From NCBI GenBank assembly GCA_964106915.2, contig OZ066914.1: a stretch of 64,000 nucleotides of DNA, one strand, 5' to 3'. The notes beneath the pieces were generated by a model. The model saw nothing but the letters and a program-made list of their open reading frames with translations, made no database searches and was not told the origin of the DNA. This stretch comes from Podarcis gaigeae. Taxonomy: Eukaryota. Within the stretch, counting starts at the first letter, position 1. Every line of letters begins with the position of its first letter. Below are positions 62,601 through 64,000 of the stretch, piece by piece. The position numbers and the translations under genes were made by a program.

Positions 62601-64000
62601 GCCCGGGTGAATAAAAATATTTTACCTGTTGCCCAGAAACAGATAGTGATGGCACCAGGCATGCCTCCTTGGGGAGAGCAGTCTAGAAATGGAGCCACCT
62701 CTGAGAAGGCCTGGTTCCATATCACGATCTCCACACCTCCATTTGAGGGGAGGCACAGAAAAGGGCCCCACATGGTGAATGCAGGGTCCTGGTGGCTTCA
62801 TGTGTGGAGAGGCAGTCCTTGAGATATTGGGATCTTGCGCTGCCTAATTCAATTATTGTAAGGTGTAAATACAGCCAGTTTATTTATTCATAAGTATATT
62901 CAGAAAGTGTAGACAATTGTAGGGGTACTACAGAATGCCTTTGGAGAACACTATCTTAACACTAAATTAATGCACAGCTGGTCTAGAAGTGAATAGTGGT
63001 TTTTAAAAAAAGTGATTGTGGTTTTCAGCCAGGCACGAGTATGGACAACTCTCTCTCCTGAGCCATGCCAAAATTTCAGCATTATCCTATGCTTCACTAC
63101 TCAGAAGTAAGTCCTATTGAGTTTGGTGGTACAGAATGAGAAAGAAATCAAAATCAATAAATGTGCTTACTCCCAGGGACGTGTAGTTAATATGTGGCTT
63201 GGGATTTTTTAAAGCTGAAAGTCTGATTCTGTTTGAACGTTATAGGGAGCTCATTGTGCTACTGGTTTATCATAAGTCACCATCAAATTGCATTGACAAG
63301 TCAGTCACATGCTTGTTGGCTCTTAAGGCCTTCTTAAGAATGTTATGCATGCAGAAAGCGGGAATGTTGTACTCCATGAACAGATTGTTTTCAGATCCTG
63401 ATGAAAGCTTATGTCTCAAAGTTGGCATGACCGATCTGTTTCACTAATGACCGCTCTTCCAACACTAACTGTGGCTGCTGATGGAGACCAGAACTGGAAT
63501 CCAGTTATGGGAGAGTGTTGTGACCTGAGCAGCGAAGAATTAGAGGCCAGAGAGGAGGAGTGCTAAGGTCCACTGAACCCTCATTACGTACTCTATAGCA
63601 ATTGGGGAAGTTGTTAAGGCTACAGTTTCCAGTAGTCTGCACTGCTCATGCCAAGAGTGCTCAATCATGTTTAGAATTGCTTTGGCACAGACAAATAATG
63701 TGCAGACCACTGCAAAGTTCTCTCAGTGCAAATGAGCACAAAATTCATTGCAGGCAAGTGTAATTAGGGGAGGAAACAATCAAAGGAAACTATGTGTTCA
63801 AGAAGGAATGTATTCATAGTTGTGTGTGCGTGCACTGCATCTGCCTTTTGCGAATTCTTAGTACAGTTACAATGAGTAGAAGAAATAGATTGCATCTCAA
63901 AAGGAGCTTCTTGTCGGGCGCTCTTATTCATGGCAGGACTGGAGCTCAAGAGTTATGATCTATGTGTTGGGAGATCCTGTCATGTACAGAGGGATCCATA

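Overview
Vertebrate genomic DNA from a squamate reptile. Sauria SINEs, Bov-B, CR1 and Mariner MITEs point to a lacertid lizard (inference). The window carries the conserved block TMEM9B(+, last 3 coding exons) - ASCL3(+) - C11orf16(+, 5 coding exons, 477 aa) - AKIP1(-, 5 coding exons, 186 aa), then two CpG islands. The first is the AKIP1 promoter; the second is probably a DENND2B/ST5 promoter by synteny, with no DENND2B coding exon recognised. Both C11orf16 and AKIP1 need a GC-AG intron to stay in frame. The most notable accessory region is a 5'-truncated Ngaro/DIRS-type tyrosine-recombinase retrotransposon (40.6-43.0 kb) encoding RNase H, an open YR and an SGNH hydrolase. The hydrolase is in frame with YR behind a single UGA and is also preceded by a strong 3' splice site. 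It is followed by a ~330-nt nested RNA structure. The element is flanked by an unexpected ~144-bp host duplication, whose right copy holds a Penelope fragment with a partial hammerhead ribozyme. An ERV LTR with an exact tRNA-Lys PBS and a splice donor lies upstream of, and co-oriented with, AKIP1. Gene and repeat names come from recalled sequences, not a database search.
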